A stretch of 64,000 nucleotides of DNA from Octopus sinensis (taxonomy: Eukaryota): positions 32,488,001 through 32,552,000 of the forward strand of contig NC_042997.1 of the NCBI RefSeq assembly GCF_006345805.1. Reading direction: 5' to 3'. The position numbers and the translations under genes are program-made. The notes under the pieces were generated by a model that saw only the letters and a program-made list of their open reading frames with translations, searched no databases and was not told the DNA's origin. This document shows, one piece after another, positions 13,062 to 25,681 of the stretch. Each line of letters begins with the position of its first letter. Position 1 is the first letter of the stretch.

Positions 13062-13442
13062 CTTTATAAAAGTGAAGTTGTGTGTCTATCTCCTATGATT
13101 TAGATTCCTAACTACTCCACATTTTGCGGTGCAGTTTAACCAAAACCGGGTACTTATAGTCGTGATTCATATCGAGCCCTTCTGGGTATTAGCGCGCTTC
13201 TACGATGAGTCTACGATTTAAAAAATAATTTACCATAATTTTTTTCATTTTAATGCATTTTTCGCTATTATATTAGAAGTAACTCTCTAAAAATGTCTAC
13301 GAGTCAACGATTTAAAAAAAATTTACCATAATTTTTTTCCATTTTTAATGCATTTTTTGCTATTTTTTGGCTATAACTCTCTAAAAATGCTTATATAGTT
13401 ATTTCCCTTACAAACCCGAGCAATGCCGGGCGATACTGCTAG
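13061..13442 (+). mobile_element. Complete non-autonomous Helitron (~382 bp)
   Basis: 5' TC at 13061 after A; 3' CTAG at 13439-13442 followed by T; subterminal hairpin cccg-a-gca-a-tgc-cggg at 13415-13430; no TSD; inserted in (TA)n; internal ~92 bp tandem duplication at 13200-13390. Confidence 0.85.
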
Positions 13443-13553
<111 letters not shown>

Positions 13554-13601
13554 CCACACATATATATATATATTAATATATTATATATATACACACACAC
13601 A

Positions 13602-13654
<53 letters not shown>

Positions 13655-13978
13655 TAATATTGTGTTCATATGTGTGTGTATAACATTTGAATGTAAAAGA
13701 GAACTGAAAGCACTTAATGCTGAAAGTAGAGTCACTTAGTATATGGGATCCTTTCGTTCTATTGAGGTTCATATACCCAATGAGGCAGTGCCCCAGGGCT
13801 ACATGTTCAGTGACTGAAACGTGTAAAAGTATAAATTTATTCAGACATACACTTGCATCACATACACAGGGGGTGGCATTTAACAATTGTAGTCAGTTTC
13901 TAGATGCAAGTGAAAAGAACCTGCACACTGCATGTTTACTGTCTGTGCATGCAAAAATCTAGGTTACTGTACTGGATG

Positions 13979-14344
13979 ATTCTATCAACTATGTTGCATA
14001 TATGAAAATGGTGTCTTTTAGCAATTTCCATGATGAATTCCATGACTTCCTCAGTTTTCTCCCTCCAGTATCTACAGTGACCTCATCATGTATTTAAACA
14101 AACACCACAAAAATAACTTATAAATTTCTTGATGATAACTTGAAACGATTCTCTATGTTCTGAACTATCGATAAACCCAGTCACAGTACTGGCAATATGT
14201 ACTTGTTTTAACAGGTATGATCAAATTAGACAATATCAAATTAATGTATCCAGCTGACAGTAATTATAGTCAAATTTTTCTTCAAAATATTACTTAGTGG
14301 AAATTCTCTTGATTCTTCAAAATATATCAATCTTTACAACTGCA
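13979..14344. repeat. Dispersed direct duplication, copy 2 of 10197-10559
   Basis: Direct sequence match to 10197-10559. Confidence 0.95.
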
Positions 14345-15374
14345 TTTAACAACTTCAATTCTTAAGTGACTCCAAGTGTATTCTTTAAAAACAACTTGTC
14401 CTTTTGTATTTCTGTGTGTATGAGGGGTAGGGTCTCTATCTTCCACATAATATCTATATAAATCCCTTTCTCTCTCTCTCTCTCTCCCCTGCTCATTCTC
14501 TCTCTTTTTCTAATATACACAACGAAGGTTTTTGGAAAGTTTCTGCTACCTTCTCGACCAGTAGTGAAATTTTGCGTAACTTAAGTTCAGCTGATTGCTG
14601 CTATCAGCTTTTTTAATAATTCTGTTGCTCTGCGTATATTTCTAAAAGCGCTACCTACATAAATTGAAAATACTCTTCCCCTCATAAATCTCTATCTCTT
14701 TATCTCCCACTTCTGCTTCTCTACAATGCCAGATGTTTTCAACGTGCAACAGAGGGGCTGTGACGCTGACTGCATCTTTCTTACCCACCTATCCATATGC
14801 CCGAGAACTCACACAATTACACACACACACACCTGCAACAACAGCTGACATACCAGTATCAGTATTGATCTATCAGATTCATAGAAAGCCTCTTCAGTGA
14901 CATGCTAAGATGCATGCAGCTGCACTCTACCACTACTGTTGATGCTGCTGTTGGTTCTACTACTACTACTACTACTATTGCTGCTGCTGTTACTACTATT
15001 TCTACTACTATTTGTACTATTAGTTTTAAAGTATGTATTTTCATTATTAATATAGAATACACCTTCTAAACATGTGAATTTGTATACCAGCAAGAGAGTC
15101 TGTGTGGTCACTCAACTTGCAAGAAATAGAAATCAGGTGGAAATCTTCCTTTGAATCACGCATGCTCCATCTTAGACCTAGATATCCTTAAAAAGATGAT
15201 TGTTTTAACTGGAATACTTTTAAACTTAGATTTTCTGTGTTAAGATCCGATCTGACTTTGGCTAAATAACATCAAATGAACTTATTTTAGTTGATGCAAT
15301 CTTTATATATAGTTTGGTTATTGTTAGAAATTAGGAAAATGAATTTCTATATTTCTTAAGTTTTTCATTTCTGG

Positions 15375-15604
15375 TTTATACTCTTTTAATCTTTTACTTG
15401 TTTCAGTCATTTGACTGTGGCCATGCTGGAGCACCGCCTTTAATCGAGCAACTCGACCCTGGGACTTATTCTTTGTAAGCCTAGTACTTATTCTATCGGT
15501 CTCTTTTTGCCGAACCGCTATGTGACGGGGACATAAACACACCAGCATCAGTTGTCAAGCAATGCTAGGGGGACAAACACAGACACACAAACACACACAC
15601 ATGC

Positions 15605-15637
<33 letters not shown>

Positions 15638-15797
15638 CGACGGGCTTCTTTCAGTTTCCGTCTACCAAATCCACTCACAAGGCTTTGGTCAGCCCGAGGC
15701 TATAGCAGAAGACACTTGCCCAAGGTGCCACGCAGTGGGACTGAACCCTGAACCATGTGGCTGGTTAGCCAGCTACTTACCACACAGCCACTCCTGA
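15375..15797 (-). mobile_element. tRNA-derived SINE family B (CORE-like, internal microsatellite)
   Basis: Reverse complement of aggagtggctgtgtggtaagtagc...ggttcagtcccactgcgtggcaccttgggcaagtgtctt (CORE-like ttgggcaagt)...ggcggtgctccagcatggccacagtcaaatgactgaaacaagtaaaag. Confidence 0.9.
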
Positions 15798-16601
15798 GCC
15801 TGTGCTGTTTCAGTATCTACAGTTGAAAATCGTGTGATACAATGTTTATGCTAAAACAGGTGCTGGCTCAGCTAACTGTGAGCCATTTGTAAAACAGCTT
15901 TTCTGTCAAATATATATTGTAATTACTTTGATGCTGTGCTTGTAAACACCCACTACACTCTCGGAATGGTTGGGATTAGGAAGGGCATCCAGCCGTAGAA
16001 ACCTTGCCAGGTCAGATCGAAACCTGGTGCAGCTTCCTAGCTTACCAGTTTTCAGTCAAACCATCCAACCCATATGACCATGGAAAACAGACGTTAAATG
16101 ATGATGATGATGATGATGAGTTTGTCCTACAACTGTCTCTGACTTTTCAAGCACATATCATTTCTATCCAAGTAGTATTGTGTAGTGCATAGTGGCATAG
16201 GACAGTGTAGATGGAAATGTGCTTCCAATAAGCCAGATTTTCGGAATTAATTCCAGTTCCTGATTTTTAGGTGTTCTACTTTATTTGCATCTATCCACCA
16301 GCCGACATGTCAAAATAAGTATCCATACAAATACACACACACACTCACAGACTCACAGACACACATAAAGCAAAGTTGGAGGGAAAGGTCTTGTAGATAA
16401 ATGTTAAGTTTAGAAAGTAAAAATGTGATTACTAGTAAAATATGTAGATTGTTGGAGATGAAAGTTGGGGAAAGTGTATTCATCAAGACAAGAAGATAGA
16501 TTGAAAAGCATGAGACTTCAAGTAGCTTGGTCTGAGCTGTCACTGTTACATTGGTGGAGCAAATTTATTATCCACTTAATCACAAGAAAATTGGTGCTAT
16601 T

Positions 16602-16639
<38 letters not shown>

Positions 16640-17600
16640 CGACGGGCTTCTTTCAGTTTCCGTCTACCAAATCCACTCACAAGGCTTTGGTCAGCCCGAG
16701 GCTATAGCAGAAGACACTTGCCCAAGGTGCCACGCAGTGGGACTGAACCCTGAACCATGTGGCTGGTTAGCCAGCTACTTACCACACAGCCACTCCTGAG
16801 CCTGTGCTGTTTCAGTATCTACAGTTGAAAATCGTGTGATACAATGTTTATGCTAAAACAGGTGCTGGCTCAGCTAACTGTGAGCCATTTGTAAAACAGC
16901 TTTTCTGTCAAATATATATTGTAATTACTTTGATGCTGTGCTTGTAAACACCCACTACACTCTCGGAATGGTTGGGATTAGGAAGGGCATCCAGCCGTAG
17001 AAACCTTGCCAGGTCAGATCGAAACCTGGTGCAGCTTCCTAGCTTACCAGTTTTCAGTCAAACCATCCAACCCATATGACCATGGAAAACAGACGTTAAA
17101 TGATGATGATGATGATGATGAGTTTGTCCTACAACTGTCTCTGACTTTTCAAGCACATATCATTTCTATCCAAGTAGTATTGTGTAGTGCATAGTGGCAT
17201 AGGACAGTGTAGATGGAAATGTGCTTCCAATAAGCCAGATTTTCGGAATTAATTCCAGTTCCTGATTTTTAGGTGTTCTACTTTATTTGCATCTATCCAC
17301 CAGCCGACATGTCAAAATAAGTATCCATACAAATACACACACACACTCACAGACTCACAGACACACATAAAGCAAAGTTGGAGGGAAAGGTCTTGTAGAT
17401 AAATGTTAAGTTTAGAAAGTTAAAAATGTGATTACTAGTAAAATATGTAGATTGTTGGAGATGAAAGTTGGGGAAAGTGTATTCATCAAGACAAGAAGAT
17501 AGATTGAAAAGCATGAGACTTCAAGTAGCTTGGTCTGAGCTGTCACTGTTACATTGGTGGAGCAAATTTATTATCCACTTAATCACAAGAAAATTGGTGC

Positions 17601-17634
<34 letters not shown>
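15638..17634. repeat. Near-perfect tandem duplication of a ~1002 bp unit
   Basis: acgacgggcttctttcag at 15638 and 16640; identical ORFs at 16004 and 17006; (TA)n at the junctions; a 1 bp indel is seen near 17420. Confidence 0.95.
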
Positions 17635-17636
<2 letters not shown>

Positions 17637-18169
17637 AGAGAAACACACATATATATTTATATAAGTAGGTTGCGTATTATATGTGTGTGTGTGTGGGTAT
17701 GTATTTATATACATGTGACTGTGTATGTAATTATGTAATGGCATTTATTGAAAATGCTCCAGATAAGAAACAAAAGCTAACTGACATAAGCTAGACGCAG
17801 CTACAATCAGGTTGAAAGCTTAGTAATAAGAAAACAATGCCAGACTGAGAGGAAAGATCTGACAAGCAACAAAATCAGCAGCAAGGAATGGTAAAACTCA
17901 AACTCTCTCTCTCTATCTGTTAGTCTGTTTCTCTTACTCTCTCTGTCTCTTCTCTCTCTCTCTCTCCCTTTCTTTCTTTCCCTTTCTCTCTTTCTCTCTC
18001 TAAGGACACACCATTTCCATATCACCATCATCAAAAATATTGCAACTGCACATACCCACTTTAAATGTCAAAACTCCTGTCCTTTTTCAAGCTTTTACCA
18101 GAAAAAAGTTATGTGCAGCAAATACTGAGAACCAACTACAGATATCAGGCAATCTTTTCATCATTAAAT

Positions 18170-18170
18170 G

Positions 18171-18203
<33 letters not shown>

Positions 18204-18206
18204 GAG

Positions 18207-18237
<31 letters not shown>

Positions 18238-18480
18238 CATTGTGTACAGTGCTCAGGTGCACTACAACTCATCTAAAGTGTATATATAATCAGGTGTAGT
18301 TTCGGCGGATTTCGGAAAGCATGAGGGCCTTAAAGGATGCAGTGTCATGGCAGTCAACAACTGACGCAGGCAGTTTATTCCATGCTTCAGCAACTCTGAG
18401 CGTGAAAAAATGTTTCCGAAAGTCATGGGAGCTGTGTTGTTTTCTGACTTTGTAGGCATGTCCACGTGTGTTAGACACAT
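18170..18480 (-). mobile_element. CR1-clade LINE 3' end
   Basis: ORF 18290-18478 NTRGHAYKVRKQHSSHDFRKHFFTLRVAEAWNKLPASVV, the TRGH/FF..RV...WN.LP C-terminus; 3' UTR gtgcacctgagcactgtacac and (att)n tail. The same 3' UTR motif recurs near 53485. Confidence 0.85.
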
Positions 18481-20399
18481 GGAGATCAAAAAGGTGTTCA
18501 GTGTTGTTGTTGGTGAAACAACAAAAACCTATCCTGATAAAATTCCAGCCAAAGTCATAAAAATAATTGTAAAAAGAAACGGGTGGCCTCTTGATGTCAC
18601 ATATTTCACATGTATATTATTTACGGGTTATTTCCAAACCTGTGGTAGGTTGCTGCTACATGATAACTAGTGCTGTCACACCTGTACACTCTTTGAAAGT
18701 ATATTGCCAAGACAAATACATTGGCCAGAATACATATACCAAAACTACGCAACAAAGATGTGATTGGTATTTATTCAGTCAAAAACAGAAAGAACCTTCT
18801 GAACCCAAATTTACAATCACTTCCTGTAACCTTCACCCTCTACAATGAAATCAGGCATTGGGCCTCATTCAAAGCTCAAATCTATAATTGGGTCATTATC
18901 TCAAAAGCATTCAGTGTTTGGACAAATTAGTATGTTTATTGATCATTTGTTTTATGTCTGGTTTACCGTCCTAGCAATGGTTGCGAAAATGCACATTGAG
19001 GCATTATTTTATAGCTGAAGGCTCTTCCTGTTGCTAAGATTTATCCTCTTATCTAGTAAAGGATTTTTTTTTATTCCACACACCCCTAAAAGTACAAAGC
19101 CAACAGATGGTTTGTTGAATTGTCTACAGGCTTCTTTCACCATTTGTAACTTTACTGCTGACTCTAAACTTTACAAAGGTACATTCATGTTCACACACAT
19201 TCATATACATCTATACATCATTTTATGTCCATGTTCCATATTGGTATGGACTGGACAGTTAAATAGGACCCAATGGGTCATATTCCAGTGTCTGCTTTGG
19301 TATGGTTTCTACCTCATACATACGATGGGCTCCATATAGTTTCCATCTCCAATATTATCTGAATAAATCAACCCAAGGATACGGTAGAAGACTCTCAAGG
19401 TGCCATATTGTGGGTGAACCTCAAACCACATGCTTGAGAGACAAATTTCTTAGCCACTCAACTATATCTGGGCCAATAAATGAGTTTATGTACTCACACA
19501 CTTGCACACAACTACTCTATATTGATAGGTATAGGCATGAAGACATGACTGTGGTTTGAAGGTTGACTTCCCAACCCCTTGGTTTTGAAGTTCAATCCCA
19601 ACTGGGTGGCACACTGGGCAAGTGTCTTCTACTATAACCAAAGTCTTTGAAGTGGATTTGGTAGAGGGAAACTGAAAGAAGCCCATTACATGAGTGTGTA
19701 TTTGTCTCTCCTTATCTTAACAATGCATGATAATTGTGAGAGTCTGTCACTGGTGTCATTTGTTTCTCATCATTCGTGAAAAGATGTTTGGCTATGAGAA
19801 AATATCTTGCTTGGAAACAGGTGAGTGTTAGTGACAGCAAGAGTACCATCTGTAGGAAATCTGGCTCCATGAATTCCATCTGATCCATACGAGCACAGAA
19901 AAGTGGATAGGCATTTGAATATAGTTATGTAAGTTATATACATAAATTAAAAAGTTTGTGTTTATATACATATAGTCATTTTCTACAAGTAAATGCTCAG
20001 GGTAAGCAATTGGCATTAATAAAATGATTGTCAATAAATGATCTCATTATGTAAAAATATTTTGACAACAAAAATATTCACTTACAGTGATTTGTACCTG
20101 ACTGGTCCTGTTTTCTTCACACTAGATTTCATTTGATACTCTCAGACAAATTCCAAAGTGAAGGTTATCAGGACTAGTCATATATTATTATTTTGGAAAA
20201 TATACATATCTACCCTGCAGATGTATTTATATATTGCATACTTTAAATTGTGGTCCTCTATTTTAAACTGGAAAATAACAATTATGTGTGTGTTTGGAGT
20301 TAATTTTCTGTTAAAATATTTTTACATATTGTCTAATAGTAATAAGATTTTTTTTTTTCATATATGTAAACACATTCATTATCATAATTTTTCAGCAAT

Positions 20400-22020
20400 T
20401 TTCTATGCATGCATAGTTTGGATGAGTCTTTTCCAACCCAGATTTCACCACTACTGCACAAATCTTCCCTGTCTTCCTCTTTCACAGTTTCCACCAACTT
20501 GGATCTTCTGGCACTTCTTTACCCGTATATTATTTCCATATGTATTGCATTTTTGTACCAATGCAGTCATCTCTCTTGTACACTACACTTGAGGTGTCTT
20601 ATTAGTTATATGTCTCAGCTCATTTATAACACATCACTCATACACACTAATATTACATCCAATGGAACATGCTTACTTCCTTTTCCTTCAGCCTTTGCAC
20701 ATGTTCTACATTCAATACCCACACCTCACTCCCATGCACTAATTTGCATCACATTTTGTAAGCAAATACATACAGCATTCTGTTGTCTCAAACAGAGAGA
20801 GTCATCTTGTCAGTAGATACTCTCTGAACATTTTTTCCCCTCTATTCAGATTCTGACTACTCTGTTTTCAAATCATCTTTTCCATTACTGACTGGGTCAC
20901 CTAAGCAGCAGAAGTTATCAACTCTTCTATTGAACTTTCATTTATTGCCAGAAATTTATTTTACTGGTGTTCTGACTGCTAACTACTCCTGTGCATCTAC
21001 AACAGACATGGTCCTTATTCACTGGCAGACTGTCTTTGATTCCACTACACTCCTTGTACACTCATAAGTCATATTAAGTACACTGTATGACAGCAAAAGT
21101 CCTGCCTTCTTTCCTAATTAATTAACCTTAGTCTTCAAGTTTACTCTCAGGCCTCTCAGTTCTAGGTTTTACCTCCACATCTGGAATTTTTTCACAGACT
21201 CTGGAAATTTAGGTAATCAGCGTATAAGAATTCCCATCGACAGCCAGTCTTAAATGTTTCTGCTAGATCTTGGCGAACCATAATAAATATGAGTGAAATG
21301 GCAATCCTTGATGAATACCTAACTGTCTGGCATCTGTGCGGGTGGCACGTAAAAAGCACCCACTACACTCACGGAGTGGTTGGCGTTAGGAAGGGCATCC
21401 AGCCGTAGAAACACTGCCAGATCTGACTGGGCCTGATGAAGCCTTCCAGCTTCACAGAGCCCAGTTGAACTGTCCAACCCATGCTAGCATGGAGAACGGA
21501 CGCTAAATGATGATGATGATGATGATGATGCTAGACTCATTACGATACTCATTGCAAACTCTCACTTCATTGACTGCATCTCTGACTTGCATCCCTTTCA
21601 CAAGTTTTCTTAGCGACTGCCAGGCTACAGACCGAAGTGATCTCCAAATCAACAAATGCTAGGAAAGCATAGCTATAAGAACTTCTCTTGCAGTTCTGTC
21701 ACTATAAAGAGAGAATCAGCAGTATGTACTCTGAGCTGACCCAAATCCAAGCTGCATCTCATCTAAGTGCACTCTTTTCCTAATCAATTTTGCTGATATC
21801 CTTCCTCTTACTTCCATAACTTGTTCTTTCAGTTTGATGCTTGTGTTCTTAAACATTTTCTTTGTCTTTGTTGCAGTTTACAATTATACTACAACATTAG
21901 TTGATTTTGTGGGTAACTAGTTTGGGCCTTACATCATCAGATATTTTCAACATTTCAGCAATTATTCTTCATGGATCCACTGCTTTCTCCAGCTTCATAT
22001 TCTCCATAGCCATAAAAATG
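20400..22020 (-). mobile_element. Old degenerate RTE reverse transcriptase, interrupted by a younger RTE tail (+, ~21300-21530)
   Basis: Minus-strand remnants MKLEKAVDP*RIIAEMLKIS, LDEMQLGFG, WEFLYAD, LRGLRVNLK, FCCLGDPVSNG are collinear with the younger RTE at 45925-47093. Confidence 0.75.
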
Positions 22021-22779
22021 AATAAAAGTAGGGAATAGTCTCTACCTACATATGCATATAAACAAATATGAACACTTTATATATTCAACATGACAGATAC
22101 ACATATTTGCGTTTTAATACCATTATACACATATACATAATTTAATATATATGTATTTATCATTACTATTTTATAAACTAATATGAGATAAAATGTCTCT
22201 GAAAATTTGCAGAGTCATTAGATGTAAACCCGCACGCAATATAACATTCACTTTCTAATGACACTTAACAAAGAATTTCTGCCATCATGACAACCATATT
22301 TAATGTATTCTGGATCTGAACTAATGGCACATGGAAATAAATGTGTTACACTTTAATATATATATTGAACTCAAAAGTATATGTGCCTAACTAACATCAA
22401 AATAGGAGCTATTTACTCAATTTTATACTGAATTTCCATGCATGAAATAAGTGGTTTTTTTAATGTACTAGGAATTAATTACGTTCTGTAGTTAACAATT
22501 ATTGATTTTTAACATAGGCACAAGACCATGATTAATTTTTGGAGAAGTGTTAGTTGATTAATTCAACCCCAATATTTGACTGCTACTGTATTTTATCAAC
22601 TCCAGAAGGATGAAAGGTAAAGCTGATCTTAATGCGATTTAAAGCAATTAAATATATCAAGCCAATTTGTCTGACACCAATGAATCAGCCGATCTTCCGC
22701 CATTATCTAGATTTAATAATTAATATATGCTTATAGTTTTACTCTGTGGAGCCACTCTCTGTTCAGATGGCACATCCCT

Positions 22780-23226
22780 TATGTATGTATGTGTGTATGT
22801 ATGCATATAAATGTATGTATGTATGCATATATATGTATATATATATATAATATATATATATATATGTGTGTGTGTATGTATATATGTGTGTGTGTGTATG
22901 TATATGTGGTGTGTGTGTATGTATGTATATGTGTGTGTGTGTGTATGTATATGTGTGTGTGTATGTATATTGTGTGTGTGTATGTATATATGTGTGTGTG
23001 TGTGTATATATATATGTGTGTGTGTGTATATATATATGTGTGTGTTGTGTATGTATATATGTGGTGTGTGTATGTATATATATGTGTGTGTGTATGTATA
23101 TATATGTGTGTGTGTGTGTATGTATGTATATGTGTGTGTGTGTGTATGTATATATATATATGTGTATGTGTGTATATATGTGTGTGTATGTATATATATA
23201 TATATATGTGTGTATGTGTATATATA

Positions 23227-23257
<31 letters not shown>

Positions 23258-23406
23258 GTGTGTGTGTATATATATATATATGTATATATATATATGTGTG
23301 TGTGTATGTATGTGTGTTTGTATATATATATATATGTGTTTGTGTATATATGTGCATGTATATATATGTGTATGTATATATATATGTATATATATATATA
23401 TATATA
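22780..23406. repeat. Compound (TG)n/(TA)n microsatellite
   Basis: Pure dinucleotide mosaic; the overlapping ORFs are artefactual. Confidence 0.95.
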
Positions 23407-24405
23407 GGGGGAGAATTCACAAAAGAAAACAAAAGATGAAGACAGGTCGTGTACAAAACAAACAGATGTATTAATATATAATGCTTGGGAAGTGAAAAAG
23501 TCTTTAATGCTTCGAGCCTACGCTCTTCCAAAGAAAGAAACAAGGAGAGAAAATAAAGAATGTGTCGTGGCTAGCGATCTATCATGGTGGATGCCAGACA
23601 GAAGGGTCACACAGCAGAGTTAGGGCGAAGGGGAGGTAATAAAGTAGTGGTGATCCCAAAACGAAGGTGCGCATGCATGTGTATAAGAGAGTTTGTATGT
23701 TCGTGTGGAAGAGGGCTGATGATCTTGACGTGTGCATGTTTGTATGTGTAGGTTTGAAAATGTGGGTCTGGGAAGTGGTCAGTTCTGGTGTGTGCGTGAT
23801 GGTGTGTTGTGATGTAATGTGTTGTGTGGTATGGTGTAGTGGTGTGGTATGATGGTGTTGGGAGGTGGGTTGTGGGTTAGGCTGAGTGTGGGGCATGTGG
23901 TTAGGCAGAGAGTGGGGGTATAGGTGGTGTATGTGGGAGTGGGTGTAAGAGATGGGGAAGGTAGGGTGGAATGTGTAGGGGTGGGGTAGGCTTATGAGCG
24001 AGGGGGTGATGATGAAGGGGTGAAGGAGAAGGTGGGTAAGAGTGAAGAGAAGAAGTAGGAGTCAGTAGAAGAGAGGTGGGTGGGAGGTAGTAGTTGTGAA
24101 GAGGCAGTTAGATGAAAGAGGGAGGAGAGTTGAGCCCATGTGGTGCGAAGAGAGAAGATTAATCCCTGTTCGCGGCACAAACAGGAGTCCGGATGACACC
24201 TGTGCAAGTACAATCTGAAAACAGACAGGTGTTGAAAAGAGTGACCAGTAGAGCGGAAAAGGCACATGACTGGAGTGTCATTGCTGTATCGGATATCTCG
24301 GAGGTGTTCATGAACCGGTCAGTCAAGTGGCGTCCCGTTTGCCCAATGTGTAGAGAAGGGCAGAGAGAGCAGGAGATGAAGTAGATGGTATTAGTAAAAG
24401 TGCAA
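23407..24405 (-). mobile_element. Penelope-like element 3' part: GIY-YIG endonuclease remnant plus pseudo-LTR
   Basis: Minus strand [31 protein letters not shown], then [33 protein letters not shown]; downstream degenerate hammerhead-like gaagagcgtaggctcgaa at 23503-23535; both ends in (TA)n. Confidence 0.85.
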
Positions 24406-24702
24406 TATATATATATGTATGTTTGTATATATATATGTATGTATGTTTGTGTATGTATATATATCATCATCATCATAATGATATATATACATATATATGT
24501 ATGTATATATATGTATGTAAATATATATGTATATATATATATGCATATATATATATATGTATGTATATATGTGTGTGTGTGTATATATATGTGTAGATAT
24601 ATGTATATATATATGTGTAGGTATGTATATATATATATATATATGTGTATATATGTATGTATATATATGTATATATATATATATATGTATATATATATGT
24701 AT

Positions 24703-25092
24703 TACTCTTTCACTTGTTTCAGTCATTTGACTGCGGCCATGCTGGAGCACCGTCTTTAGTCAAGGAAATCGGCCCCAAGGACTTATTCTTTGTAAGCCTA
24801 GTACTTTTTCTATCGGTCTCTTTTGCCGAACCGCTAAGTTACGGGGACGTAAACACACCAGCATCAGTTGTCAAGCGATGTTGGGGGGACAAACACAGAC
24901 ACACATACATACATATATATACATATATACGACAGGCATCTTTCAGTTTCTATCTACCAAATCCACTCACAAGGCATTGGTCGGCCCGAGGCTATAGCAG
25001 AAGACACTTGCCCAAGATGCCACGCAGTGGGACTGAACCCGGAACCATGTGGTTGGTAAGCAAGTTACTTACCACACAGCCACTCCTGCACC
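24703..25092 (-). mobile_element. SINE family B
   Basis: Same head, CORE-like segment and tail as 15375-15797. Confidence 0.9.
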
Positions 25093-25268
25093 TTATTATA
25101 TATATATATATATGCACATATACATATATATACATATATCAGAAAAGGTAGGTTCAAAAAGAACAATTCAAACCTTTTGAGGTATCCAAAAAGAGAGAAA
25201 TGGTGATTTCTAATAAGGATTCATATTCATGAAAATCAGCCAAAACAGGTAATAAGAATATGAAAATA

Positions 25269-25464
25269 ATATTCGAGGAGATTCGTTATAGATATAATAA
25301 TATCCCATAAACAGGTATAAAAAATGGAGGGAAGATATGGCAACAGAAAAAGATTTATTATAAAACTGTTTTATAATAAATCTATTTCTGTTGCCATATT
25401 TTCTCCATTTTTTCATACCTGTTTATGGTATATTCTTCTACCTATAACGAATCTCCTCGAATAT
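25269..25464. repeat. Imperfect palindrome, ~98 bp arms, 1 nt spacer (centre 25367)
   Basis: atattcgaggagattcgttatag...ttattataaaac T gttttataataa...ctataacgaatctcctcgaatat. Confidence 0.9.
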
Positions 25465-25681
25465 ATACACATATGTATAGATATATATGCATATTTATAT
25501 GTATAGATATATATGCATATTTATATATATGCATATGTATATATATATATATATATGTATAGATATATATGCATATATAATTATAGATATATATGCATAT
25601 ATATATATATGTATAGATATATATGCATATATAATATATGCATATATATATGTATTGATATATATGCTTATATATCTATAC

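Noticed and set aside
18481-19200. Membrane-protein-like peptides on both strands
   Set aside because: All frames are interrupted by stops, there is no recognisable family, and splice support is inconsistent.
22690-22710. YY1/ETS-like AATGGCGGAAG with an ATG on the minus strand
   Set aside because: A single motif with no CpG-rich promoter context and only a short ORF.
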